DNA of 64,000 nucleotides from an uncultured bacterium (lineage in GTDB: Bacteria; UBP14; UBA6098). This document shows, one piece after another, positions 44,058 to 54,100 of the stretch. The DNA is taken from positions 9,497 through 73,496 of the forward strand of contig CAZSHG010000010.1 in NCBI GenBank assembly GCA_964606695.1, read 5' to 3'. The notes beneath the pieces are model-generated. The model was not told the DNA's origin. It was given only the letters and a program-made list of their open reading frames with translations, and did not search any database. Numbering within the stretch: the first letter of the stretch is position 1; the number at the start of each line of letters is the position of its first letter. Both the position numbers and the translations under genes were made by a program.

Positions 44058-45401
44058 TCAGTTGATCTTCTTGAATTCGACGCGCCGGTTTTTGGCTCTG
44101 CCTTCCTCGGTAGCGTTGTCGGCTATGGGCATGGATTCGCCGTAGCCCTGCGCTGTCAGGTTGGCGGGAATCACGTTGAAATTCCCGGCGATGTAGTTCT
44201 TGACCGCTTTCGCTCTGCGTTCGGAGAGCTTTTCGTTGTAGGATTCGGTTCCGATGGAGTCGGTGTGTCCGGCGATTTCGATTACCCATCCGGGGTGTTT
44301 TTCGAGCACGCCGCCGATTTTGTCGAGCAGGCCGTAGGAATCTGGCGTGATCTCGTCGGAGTTGAACTCGAAGAGGATGTCGTTAGTTATGAATACGCCT
44401 CTATCGACGAAATCCTTCTCGACGTTAATTTCCTGCACCGGCCTGCGTTCGCGGCGCGGGCAACCTCTCTCGTTGACGATTGTTCCGATCGGGGTTCCGG
44501 GGCACATATCCCATGGATCCCAGACGCCGTCGCCGTCGGTGTCCTCGTATTTGACCGGTTTCGGGCTGAACCCTATTGCGAGCTGGATGCCGACGTTTCG
44601 GATGAAGCTGGATTTATCCTCGATTTCGAGTATGGGGACTTCTGCGAAGCCATAATTCTCGATTTCATTATAAACCGGGGATGAGCCGAGGTCGAGCGTG
44701 ATGTCGCCCTCTATGAAGACTGAGGGGGATAGTGGGTATCGCGCGGTCAGGCCGGTGGAGATTCCGAATGCGGTCGCGCTTTCGTTGTAAACGTAGATCA
44801 AACCGCCGGCTTCGGCGAACCAGGTATCGACGCCGTTGTCGTAGGTTTCGACTGTCGGCACGACATAGAAGACCTCGTAATTATCCATGTAGATCGCCGG
44901 GCCGATGAGGAAGCCAAGGCCGGACTGGAGATTGTCGCCGAAGGAAAACTGTAGCGACGGGGCGATTTTGAAGGTCGAGTAACCGCCGTCGTCGTTGGGC
45001 GGTTCGAATTCGACGCTGATGTCGCGATGTTCATCCGAGTAGGAATCGTAGAGGTGGTAGTCGAGAAAAGCTTTTGTCTTGATCGATCCGGCGAAGTAGT
45101 CCAGGTCAAGTCGGGTTCCCAACGAATTGCTGAACCAGTATCCGATGAAACCTCCGCCGCCGATACGCATGCCGGGCGTGACGTCCCAATGTGTGGTCAT
45201 CGTCCTCACCTCGAAAAAAGGCAGTGCGCCAGCATTGTCGAACCATCCGCCGTTGAAGCCGTTGCCTGAGTATTCGTTGGATTCCCAATCTCCAGCGATA
45301 GGCATGTCGAAATTGAGCTTAAGGCCGAAATCGACCGTTCCCTGCGCGAGCAATATCGCTGAGAATAGGCAAATCGTCAGGATTAATAAGGACACTCTCA
45401 T
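44058..45401 (-). CDS. OmpA-family outer-membrane protein (beta-barrel + TSP3-like Ca-binding repeat + OmpA_C peptidoglycan-binding domain)
   Basis: I chose the ATG at 45401 (RBS aagggga), which gives MRVSLLILTICLFSAILLAQG. DTDGDGVWDPWDMCPGTP. C-terminus FEFNSDEI....LDKIGGVLEKHPGWVIEIAGHTDSIGTESYNEKLSERRAKAV...NRRVEF. Confidence 0.85.
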   Translation of the reverse strand: MRVSLLILTICLFSAILLAQGTVDFGLKLNFDMPIAGDWESNEYSGNGFNGGWFDNAGALPFFEVRTMTTHWDVTPGMRIGGGGFIGYWFSNSLGTRLDLDYFAGSIKTKAFLDYHLYDSYSDEHRDISVEFEPPNDDGGYSTFKIAPSLQFSFGDNLQSGLGFLIGPAIYMDNYEVFYVVPTVETYDNGVDTWFAEAGGLIYVYNESATAFGISTGLTARYPLSPSVFIEGDITLDLGSSPVYNEIENYGFAEVPILEIEDKSSFIRNVGIQLAIGFSPKPVKYEDTDGDGVWDPWDMCPGTPIGTIVNERGCPRRERRPVQEINVEKDFVDRGVFITNDILFEFNSDEITPDSYGLLDKIGGVLEKHPGWVIEIAGHTDSIGTESYNEKLSERRAKAVKNYIAGNFNVIPANLTAQGYGESMPIADNATEEGRAKNRRVEFKKIN

Positions 45402-45548
45402 AGTTCCCCTTTGCATTAGGTTATCATGTAACTATGCGCAAGATAATTTGCGCTATAGGGGCTGTCAAGAGATAATAGATGTTCGGCTTGACCGACGCGT
45501 TTCTTTTCCATATAATAGGGCTTGATTTGAGTTGAAACGAGATTTTAT

Positions 45549-47636
45549 ATGCTGACTTTTCTTAACAATATATTTCTCCCGGCGCTTACCGCAGTGGTTC
45601 TGCCGATATTGATTCACCTTTTCACGCGCAGGCGTTTGAAAAGGCAGAAATGGCCTTCTCTGCGATTCCTGCTCGAGATCCAGAAAAAGCAGATGAAGCG
45701 GATGAAGCTCAAACAGATACTCCTTCTGATTTTGCGAACGCTGATACTGCTACTGGTGATAGGCGCGTTTGCGAGACCTGCGATACGCGGCGTTTTCAGC
45801 GGGGGAGTCGGGGCACACGAGAATACTGCGGTTGCACTGTTAATCGATCGGTCTTATTCGATGGGGCAGGAGGCCGCGGGAGTAGACCTCTTCGTTCGTG
45901 CGAAACATCTTGCGGGGGATATTTTGATGTTGTTGAAGGAGGGGGACGAGCTTTTGGTAATTCCCTTCGACGAGAAAGCGGCGCCGGTTACGGCACAGCC
46001 GACTCGGTTTATTTCCGGGGCGCAGGAGGTGGTGGACAGTCTGGAGATTTCCGACGCCGGAACGGACGTTTGGATAGCGATTGCCACAGCTGTCGAGAGA
46101 TTGGATGAGAGCCGGTTATTGCATAAGGAGATTTATGTTTTGACAGACTACCGCGCCGAGGGCTGGCGAAGATCCGGTCGGCTTGAAATCCCGGACAGGA
46201 CGAGATTATACGCGATTACTATCGAACCTGACGACGAACGTAATCTGGGATGTTCCGGCCTCGAGTTCCCCCGGGCACTTTTACAAAAGAAAGTTCCATT
46301 CGATATAACGGCTACGGTCAGGAGTTTCGCGCCTAATCCGGTTTCCAACCACGTAGTGGATTTGTATATCGACGATCAGAGGATCGCTCAGGGCTCGGTG
46401 GATTTACTCCCCGGAGGCGCGGTTCAGGTAATACTGAGAGGGCGAGTGGAAAGCGGCGGCTACCATTACGGCATAGTCGAACTGGAGGGCGACGCGCTCC
46501 CGGCGGATAATAATCGATATTTTTCGATACGAATCCCGAAAACGCTGGACGTTCTCGTGGTTGGCGGGGCGGAAGCGGGATTTATTCAAAAGGCTCTATC
46601 GCCTATGGAGGACGATTTCTTCGATGTTAAGCGCATCGATTATTCGCGTCTTGGCGGCGAACAGCTTTCGCAATACGACGTTTTGATTCTATCCGATCCG
46701 CCCGTGTTGACATCGGCTATGGGGAATACTATTCAGGGATTTGCGGAACGCGGGGGAGGACTGATAGTTTTACTGGGAGGTTCCGATGACCCGGAAAAGG
46801 CCTTCAGCTCGATTTTCGAGGAAGAAACCGAATTTGATATAATGTCGGCCATCGGCGAGGAGGGTGGCGCGGGAAGATTCGAGCTCGCCACCGCCGATTT
46901 CGATCATCCCGTTTTCATGCCTTATAAAGACGAGGGATTGCCGGATGTAAATTTCCGCAGGATAGCCGCTATAGAGAAAGCGCCGTTGTCGTTACTAACT
47001 CTTTCCAATGGCTTACCCGCTGTTTCCGAGGGGGAAATGGGAGATGGAAAAGCGGCTATTTGTGCTTTCTCGGCGAATTTAAAATATGGAAATATCGCCA
47101 CGACGGGTTTCTTTGTTCCGCTGGTTCACAGGCTGACACAGTATGTTGCCAGAGACATCGCGGCTTTCGATCCGGGGTATATTGTAGGCGATATGGCGGT
47201 GCGAAATCTCGACGATTACCCTGTAGGATCGGGTGCCGCAAAGGTCGTTTTCCCCGACGGTTCGGCGAATTATGTTACGCCGAGGTTCGGAGCCGGAAAG
47301 GCGGTTTTAACCACGCAAGAACTCGATCAGGCCGGGATTTACAGGATTTACGCCGATACGACTCTCGTAGATTTATTCGCTGTTAATTCCGATATTTCAG
47401 AAAGCGAACCTGAGTCATTGGAAAAGGACGTAATCGAAGATGCGGTCCCCATTGTCTGGTTGGATAACGAGGGCAAAATCGAGGAGGACATATTGGCCGC
47501 CAGATACGGCAAGGAACTACATCATGGGATGCTCGTTCTCGCTTTTTTATTGATGTTCGCCGAACTTGCGTTGGGTAGCAGTTGGCGGCGACAGAGGGAT
47601 TTATCGGGTTCCATCGAAAAACACGGGGCTCTTTAG
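45549..47636 (+). CDS. BatA-type N-terminal double-TM domain / von Willebrand factor A protein
   Basis: MLTFLNNIFLPALTAVVLPILIHLFTRRR....WPSLRFL is the aerotolerance-regulator N-terminal motif. vWA MIDAS-like LLIDRSYSM. C-terminal TM helix GMLVLAFLLMFAELALG. Confidence 0.7.
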   Translation: MLTFLNNIFLPALTAVVLPILIHLFTRRRLKRQKWPSLRFLLEIQKKQMKRMKLKQILLLILRTLILLLVIGAFARPAIRGVFSGGVGAHENTAVALLIDRSYSMGQEAAGVDLFVRAKHLAGDILMLLKEGDELLVIPFDEKAAPVTAQPTRFISGAQEVVDSLEISDAGTDVWIAIATAVERLDESRLLHKEIYVLTDYRAEGWRRSGRLEIPDRTRLYAITIEPDDERNLGCSGLEFPRALLQKKVPFDITATVRSFAPNPVSNHVVDLYIDDQRIAQGSVDLLPGGAVQVILRGRVESGGYHYGIVELEGDALPADNNRYFSIRIPKTLDVLVVGGAEAGFIQKALSPMEDDFFDVKRIDYSRLGGEQLSQYDVLILSDPPVLTSAMGNTIQGFAERGGGLIVLLGGSDDPEKAFSSIFEEETEFDIMSAIGEEGGAGRFELATADFDHPVFMPYKDEGLPDVNFRRIAAIEKAPLSLLTLSNGLPAVSEGEMGDGKAAICAFSANLKYGNIATTGFFVPLVHRLTQYVARDIAAFDPGYIVGDMAVRNLDDYPVGSGAAKVVFPDGSANYVTPRFGAGKAVLTTQELDQAGIYRIYADTTLVDLFAVNSDISESEPESLEKDVIEDAVPIVWLDNEGKIEEDILAARYGKELHHGMLVLAFLLMFAELALGSSWRRQRDLSGSIEKHGAL

Positions 47637-47647
47637 TTACGCCGAAA

Positions 47648-47721
47648 GAGGTTGTCACGATTCTTGCTATCGGTTTTCTTCATTTCCTAAGGTCAGTTCT
47701 GGCAAGAATCGTGCCAACCTC
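47648..47721. other. Long imperfect hairpin (20-bp stem, 34-nt loop) between convergent genes
   Basis: gaggttgtcacgattcttgc (47648-47667) pairs with gcaagaatcgtgccaacctc (47702-47721) with one mismatch. Confidence 0.5.
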
Positions 47722-47810
47722 CTTGTAAAACGCTCGCTGTCACGGCGTTTGCCAAGATTTCCCTTTAGCCACAGATTTCCTTTTATTTGCAAACGTCGCG
47801 CCAGCGAGCG

Positions 47811-48614
47811 TTAATCATCTTCCCGGTCTTTACGCGATTCCCATAAGAGAGCTTCGCCGGCCCATTTCGACGCGAGGGCTTTTTCGCCGTTATCGCGGTA
47901 GTATTCTGCGAGTTTAAGGGCTATTTCCGAGGCGAGTTCGGCGTTGCCGAACCCTGCCGATGCGCTATAAACGTATTTGTAATCCTTGATGGCTTTTGCG
48001 GGGGAATCGGCGAATATTTGGTTTGCGTTTCTGTAGCGATTGGTCATTTCAGCGCCGAATTCGTCGAGTAATTTTTCCGCCCGGGATGTATAGGGCTGAA
48101 GATTTGGCGGGACTTCGACGGTATCTGGACGGGAAGTTAGCCGCATTAAATAAGCTATTGCGACTCCGGGGCTGTCGGGGGGAACGGTTTCGGCGGTTAG
48201 CAGTAGTGCGTCGGCGAGAGGGAATGGATCGCCACGATATGCGTGGAGGCTATCCGACCACTGCAGGTAACGGTTGGCTGTCGCGTATGCGGAATCGGAA
48301 TATTCTTCCGGGCTATCGCTTTTAATAGAGTAATCGAGATAGGTCAATACCAGGTTTTTGTATGATTGAGCTCGAAGAACGTCGTTGCCGAAGGTTTTTG
48401 AGACGTTTAGAAGCCAGTAATACGCTGAAGTCCGGCATTCCAGGTTCGAACATAGGGAAGCCGCCGAATCGATATGGGCTGTCGCGGACCTGAAATTTGA
48501 AGAGTCATAAGCCTGTCGAGCTATCGTCCTATGTCGCTCGATTTCGGCCTTGTTGCCCGCACAGGCAAGGATAAGTATGGCTACGAATAAAAGCGCAGAA
48601 GTTATGTTTCTCAT
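47811..48614 (-). CDS. Hypothetical lipoprotein (helical, TPR-like composition)
   Basis: I chose the ATG at 48614 (TGATG overlap with the upstream stop), which gives MRNITSALLFVAILILAC. I recognised no catalytic motif. Confidence 0.55.
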   Translation of the reverse strand: MRNITSALLFVAILILACAGNKAEIERHRTIARQAYDSSNFRSATAHIDSAASLCSNLECRTSAYYWLLNVSKTFGNDVLRAQSYKNLVLTYLDYSIKSDSPEEYSDSAYATANRYLQWSDSLHAYRGDPFPLADALLLTAETVPPDSPGVAIAYLMRLTSRPDTVEVPPNLQPYTSRAEKLLDEFGAEMTNRYRNANQIFADSPAKAIKDYKYVYSASAGFGNAELASEIALKLAEYYRDNGEKALASKWAGEALLWESRKDREDD

Positions 48615-49429
48615 CAAAAACTCCATGTTATATTAATTCCCATAGGATATGCGGATACCTGTCCGGTCGGGATTCTCCCTTCGGCCTGTGAGTGCTGGTA
48701 ATAAAACGTCCCCGCGCCTACGGCGGTTCCGAGCACAGCGCCGGAAAGGACTTCATCCCACCTATGAGCATTGTCCTCGACTCTCGAATATCCAACCCAT
48801 CCGGCGGTGCCGATCAGAATAGCCGTGAAAAAGCCTCTGGCTATTTTTTCGGATTCGCTTTCGGAATCTACGGCCTGCCATAGATATAGGGAGAGGTAGG
48901 AAGCCACGGCGAAACTAGTGCTGGTATGGCCGCTGGGGAAACTGTCTCTAATGCGTGTTTCGTCGTATCCCGCGGCCTGCCGAGCGTCGGCGTTGGGACG
49001 GTAACGTCCGGTAATGTCTTTTCCGAGTGTCGTCAGGAAGGAGTTCAACGCTACTGTTTGCACCAGGCCTTTAGTATAAATATATCGGGTTTCCAGATCG
49101 TTTTGCGATGGCGGTATCGCTATAACTCCAGCTCCGGCGAGGGCGCTAACCGACATCAGCCAGGAATTGGGCACGGTTTCCGGGACTAACGGTTTGTCCG
49201 TTTCGCCGACGATTAACGGCTCGTCGGTGAAAGGGCCAGATTTCCAGCAGGCGTAGGCACCGGCACCGGCGGAGCACGTCAGGCTCCATTCAACCGTCTC
49301 GCGTTTCCAATCGAGGGCGAAAGTGTTAGAATTCAATAACAGAAGTGTTACAAAAATATAACACCCTATAGCCAGTATTTTCTGATGATTCTGGATAGTT
49401 CCTCTCCGTTTATCAATTCGATAGGGCAC
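48614..49429 (-). CDS. PAP2-family (type 2 phosphatidic acid phosphatase-like) membrane phosphatase
   Basis: The three PAP2 motifs are present: KDITGRYRPN, PSGHTS and SRVEDNAHRWDEV. The GTG start at 49429 overlaps the upstream gene by 64 nt, so the true start is uncertain. Confidence 0.75.
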   Translation of the reverse strand: MPYRIDKRRGTIQNHQKILAIGCYIFVTLLLLNSNTFALDWKRETVEWSLTCSAGAGAYACWKSGPFTDEPLIVGETDKPLVPETVPNSWLMSVSALAGAGVIAIPPSQNDLETRYIYTKGLVQTVALNSFLTTLGKDITGRYRPNADARQAAGYDETRIRDSFPSGHTSTSFAVASYLSLYLWQAVDSESESEKIARGFFTAILIGTAGWVGYSRVEDNAHRWDEVLSGAVLGTAVGAGTFYYQHSQAEGRIPTGQVSAYPMGINITWSF

Positions 49430-49926
49430 TTTTCCGCCTGTTCGATAGCCTGCCGTGTGAAATCCGACGTCGTTATCAACACAGCCTGATCAGCGCCGAA
49501 ATGCGGCATCGCTCCTATTAGCTGTTGAATCCATCTATTGCCGACTTTGCGAGATTCTTCGTATCGTTTAGCACCTATTATCAGAGTTACTCCTTTCTTT
49601 CGTGCAACGACGTCCGCGCCGTAATCCCCTCCGCCCGATGTCATTTCGATTTTGTATCCGCGTTTTTTGAATATCTCCGCGCATAACATCTCGAATTCTT
49701 CCGGGGTCGCAAGATGCGGATTGCGAAGTTTTTTCGTCCTTAAAGGCCCTCTGCTTCCGACGACCAATCTCAATCCGATAATCCATATCGCAATCGCAAT
49801 AGCCACGGCATAGAGAAGCGATTCGTGGATTTCGAGTCCTGCCTTGCAGTGTAGTCTCCATGCGCCGACTCCGAAAAGAGCGAGCGAGATTATCGTCCAG
49901 AACCAGAACCTGACCGGGCGGGACAT
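49366..49926 (-). CDS. Membrane-anchored Mrr-like restriction-endonuclease-fold (Mrr_cat) domain protein
   Basis: Two N-terminal TM helices, then FEMLCAEIFKKRGYKIEMTSGGGDYGADVVARKKGVTLIIGAKRY...VGNRWIQQLIGA...AVLITTSDFT, the D-(D/E)xK-type Mrr catalytic core pattern. Confidence 0.65.
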   Translation of the reverse strand: MSRPVRFWFWTIISLALFGVGAWRLHCKAGLEIHESLLYAVAIAIAIWIIGLRLVVGSRGPLRTKKLRNPHLATPEEFEMLCAEIFKKRGYKIEMTSGGGDYGADVVARKKGVTLIIGAKRYEESRKVGNRWIQQLIGAMPHFGADQAVLITTSDFTRQAIEQAEKCPIELINGEELSRIIRKYWL

Positions 49927-49928
49927 GA

Positions 49929-50435
49929 TTATTCTCCGGACTTCGATTTCGGAGATGATAACCGTTCGCCGGGCGTCAATAATATACGAATCCTATCTTT
50001 ATCGCCACCGTGGACATAATCTTCTAATGCTATCCCAATAACTATTGGGGTTAACGGATAATCCTCTTCGAGTGGCATCGCTGTGCCGATTCCCCCCGAC
50101 GCTACCAGCCATTCGCCGGTATTAACGCTATCGACACTCCCGTCTATCAGGACTTCGACTTCGCCGCCGACGGCCACCCGAAGCGAATCCAGAGAATCGA
50201 GAGACGCAACGCCTATAATGTTGGGATCATAGGGCGTTACGGAACGTCCCAATGTAGGTTGTTTTCGGTCGGGGATAATCGACAGAACCTCGCCCGGAGT
50301 GGCGTTTTTCGGGATCGTATAATCTCCGTAAACAATATTCCATCCGGGAATATTAATCATCGATGGGATAGGAGGTTCCTCGGCGAAAATGGAGAAACAT
50401 AAAATGAATAGTATTACAAGTATCGATTTACTCAT
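49929..50435 (-). CDS. Secreted hypothetical protein
   Basis: Signal peptide MSKSILVILFILCFSIFA. 8-nt overlap with the upstream gene and a 2-nt gap to the downstream gene. Confidence 0.55.
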   Translation of the reverse strand: MSKSILVILFILCFSIFAEEPPIPSMINIPGWNIVYGDYTIPKNATPGEVLSIIPDRKQPTLGRSVTPYDPNIIGVASLDSLDSLRVAVGGEVEVLIDGSVDSVNTGEWLVASGGIGTAMPLEEDYPLTPIVIGIALEDYVHGGDKDRIRILLTPGERLSSPKSKSGE

Positions 50436-51075
50436 TATCTATTTTCTTATCCTTAAAAATCACATTATAAGTCAGGAGATACCCCAGAAAAGCCACAGCG
50501 ATACCGCCCGGGAAATCTACAAACCAATGCTGTTTGATGAAAAGAGTGGATAGGCTTATACATAAGGCTATGAAGAAACCAATGTAGCCATATATCCTGT
50601 TTCTTCTGAAGAAGACCAGCGCGGCTGTCCAGCTATAAGCCACATGTTGGCTGGGGAAGCAGTTGTATGGGTTATCCCCCCGGTAAATCGCTTTCAACAA
50701 TCTGGCGGATAAGTCTTCATTGATGATCTTCGGACGATTTATTCCCGTTCGCCAGAAGAAATAGAAAGTGAGCGTAATGGCCGCGGTTATTAAAAAAAAT
50801 GTGAATGCCCTATATAGTTCTTTCCTGTTTCGGAGGAATAAAAAGGGTAGGAAGATAAAGGGAAAATACAGGTAATAAAACCACACCCAGTGCCTGTTGT
50901 AGGGGATCATACCGTCGATTACCGTGGAGAGGAACGTGGCGTCCTCGCCGTCGTGCATGCGATTGATGGATAGATAGCCCAGACTGGTAATAATTGCGAG
51001 GATAATAATCACCGCGATTTTTTGAACCCAGAAGAGGTATTCATTTTTTTCAGACTGCGTCATGGCGATTTCCAA
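50428..51075 (-). CDS. PAP2-superfamily integral membrane protein (PAP2_C / sphingomyelin-synthase-like)
   Basis: Six predicted TM helices. CFPSQHVAYSW and IKQHWFVDFPGG correspond to the PAP2 C2/C3 motifs (SxH, HxxxD). Confidence 0.6.
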   Translation of the reverse strand: MEIAMTQSEKNEYLFWVQKIAVIIILAIITSLGYLSINRMHDGEDATFLSTVIDGMIPYNRHWVWFYYLYFPFIFLPFLFLRNRKELYRAFTFFLITAAITLTFYFFWRTGINRPKIINEDLSARLLKAIYRGDNPYNCFPSQHVAYSWTAALVFFRRNRIYGYIGFFIALCISLSTLFIKQHWFVDFPGGIAVAFLGYLLTYNVIFKDKKIDNE

Positions 51076-51142
51076 TATATATGCGATTTCGTTTTAGGCA
51101 AGTGCAAGAATTATCGACGATTGGTATAATTTTTGTAGTTCA

Positions 51143-54100
51143 TCAGTAAATTACCGCTATTGCCCCGCTTATTCGCGTTTCACCGCCGGAGGATAATCTG
51201 TAATAATAGGTTCCTATTGGGACTGTCGATCCGTTTTCGCGTGCGTCCCAGTTTTCGAGATGGCCGCTCGTTATAAGATTCCCCCGGGAATCGTAGATTT
51301 CCACGTTCCAGTTCGATTCGCCGTCCGGGACATTGAATTCGATTATGTCGTTGAGTCCGTCGCCGTTGGGAGTTACAACCTCGGTGCTGACGGAATATCC
51401 CGCATGGATTATTCCCAATCCCAGCGCGAGAAGTTGGTATAACGACTCATCCGGGTCGTTGGATTCAGTATCAATCCATGTGTTTAGCGAACCCGCGGCG
51501 GTCGGGCAGAACTCGAAGACGTAGTATTTTCCCTCGTTGAGCGTTAACGTGTCCGGCAGTGGCGGCCTTATGAACGCTACGCTTGTAGCTTCTGGCGCGA
51601 CATCGTTGATTATCAATAATCCTCCGCCGGAGTTGGATATATAGACAGAATCTCTCTCGCAGGAATCGACTATGACGGCACCGAAATCGAGTATCTCCGG
51701 GAATACACCTATATCGGGGTCGTCCGGCGGATGGACATGCCCCAGGAGATGGAGGGCTAACCGCGATTCATCCGGGTCGTTGGATTCGATAATCAGCGTA
51801 TCCCTGTAATCGCCTATTACTGAAGCTTCAAAGGTAACGACAACTACTTCGGAAGAATCGGGATCGATCTCTACGGGCGTAATATCCGCAAATGTAAACT
51901 CGTCGAGGCTGATTGCGCGGTAAAGGGAAGTTATCAATAAAGTTGAATCGCCCGCATTCGAAACTTGAAGAGTCTCCCGATCCTCTGTCTCGCCCTCGTA
52001 AATATCAAATTCCAACCAGGGGGAGGATAGGGCAATATCGGGATAGGCGGGAGGAGTCAGCACCGAAATGTTCACCGAATCGACCCCTGTGCATCCAATC
52101 TCATTTGTTACGGAAACGGAATACCAACCGCATTGCGATGTGTCTATATCATTGACAAAGTTAATTCTATCGTTCGATAAGAAACCGGCAGGTCCGCTCC
52201 ATTCATATATAAAAGATGAGTCCGCGGGATATGCTCGCAGTTCGAGATCTTCGCCGATATATAATGTTTCGTCGATAGCCATGGCCAGAACAGTGGGCGT
52301 CTCCCGGATTACCACGGATACGCCGTTTGAATCTTTGCAACCGAGGGTATCCGTCGCTATCGCCCAATAGAAGGTAGTTACGGTCGGCGACGCCCATATC
52401 GACTCCGACGCAGTATCGCTCAATCCTGTCGATGGTCGCCATAACCAGTTTATTTGGCCGTTTGCGCCCTCAGCCGTTGACGTTAATTCGACGGAATCGC
52501 CCCGGCAAATCGAATCGGGAGTAACTATCGAGACTTCCAGGGAACATGGATCCATGCCGACTTCGACGAACACACTATCGGTAATCGAATAAATTCCGCA
52601 TTCCTGGCTGTCGCGCACCGTCACGGTAAACCACATCGACGAGTCGGGAAATGCCCATGTTATATCCTCTGTGGGCGATTCGACAATTCCATCAGCCGTA
52701 TCCCATTCGATAGAGACCTCGCCGACCTCGCCGTCTATCACAACCGTTAACAACGCGCTATCGCCGGGAGCTATAGTATAAGGCGAAGCGTAAGCGTCTA
52801 TCAACATGGTAATCAATATACTATCCACTTCGATATTGACCACGATCGAATCTGAACATCCCGCGTCATCGGATGCGATAAGTATATATTCCGTAGTCGT
52901 TTCGGGAAAAGCCATCGTATAATTCGAATCCGGGTGGGATAGCCGTAAATCGGGCGACCACTCGTAAGTTATTTCGCCAGTGGGATTTATGAGTTCTCCC
53001 CACATTTCGGCAGTGTCACCTCTACATATATTTATTACGCTGTCTAATAATGAGATAACTCGTGTTACATGAATAATTATATTAGATGAATCAGCGCAAC
53101 TATCGTCGGTTACGATAATTGTATATGTAATCGTGGAATCGAGTTCGCTTGCGACCGGGTTAGCGGAATCCGGGAAATCGAGATAATCGACTGGAATCCA
53201 TTCATAAGCAACATCGCCCATCTCGCCGGATAACGATGTTTCCAGTTGAACTGAAGAACCTCTGCATACAGTGGTTTCCTCAAACGCCGGAGTTACTTCG
53301 AGACTGCATTCAAATTCGGGGATTATATCGACGATAACCGAATCATCGACGGAATAAACGCCGCAGAGCTGACTGTCAAGCGCTGTGAAGGTATAAACGG
53401 TAGTGGTCGGCGGTGTGGCTGTGGGGGTGAGGCTATACGGATCGTCAAGCCAGCTTGGCGGAGACCAGAACCAACGCACGGAACCGCTTATATCGGTTAT
53501 CTCCGCGCGAAGATTCGCCTCTCCGCCGAAAATAATTGATGTATCTGGCGAGAGATTCACTTCCATGCCGGTTCGCATGGAATCGACGGTTATGGGAATT
53601 TCTATTGTATCCGCGCAATCCTCGGCATCGGATGCGATTACAGTGTAGGTCAGGCTCGAATCCGCCCAACATGAAGGCGAGGATATATCCGCATCCGATA
53701 GGAAAATATCGGGCAACCAGGTCCATGAAACCGGTTCGACGCCCGCGTGCATGGACAAATCGAGGAGAATTGTATCCGTATCGCAAATATCCAGTTCCGG
53801 TAGATCGCCAGTGTCTATGGTTTTAACCCATATTGTTACGGTATCTCGCGCGATACACGCGGAATCGTCAACCGCGGTTATAACGTAAGGCGTCGTAACC
53901 GAAGGCGACGCGATAGGATTGACTATGTATGGGTCTGAAAGCCCCGTATGCGGAGTCCACTCGAAGGAAGAAGTTCCAATTGCGTTTTCCGTGAGGGCGT
54001 CGAGGGGCGTGGAACTACCCGGACAGATACTATCCGCCCCAAAAGCCGTAACGGAAAGGGAGCAACCAAACCATGTGTTGACGAAAATGTGTATGCTATC

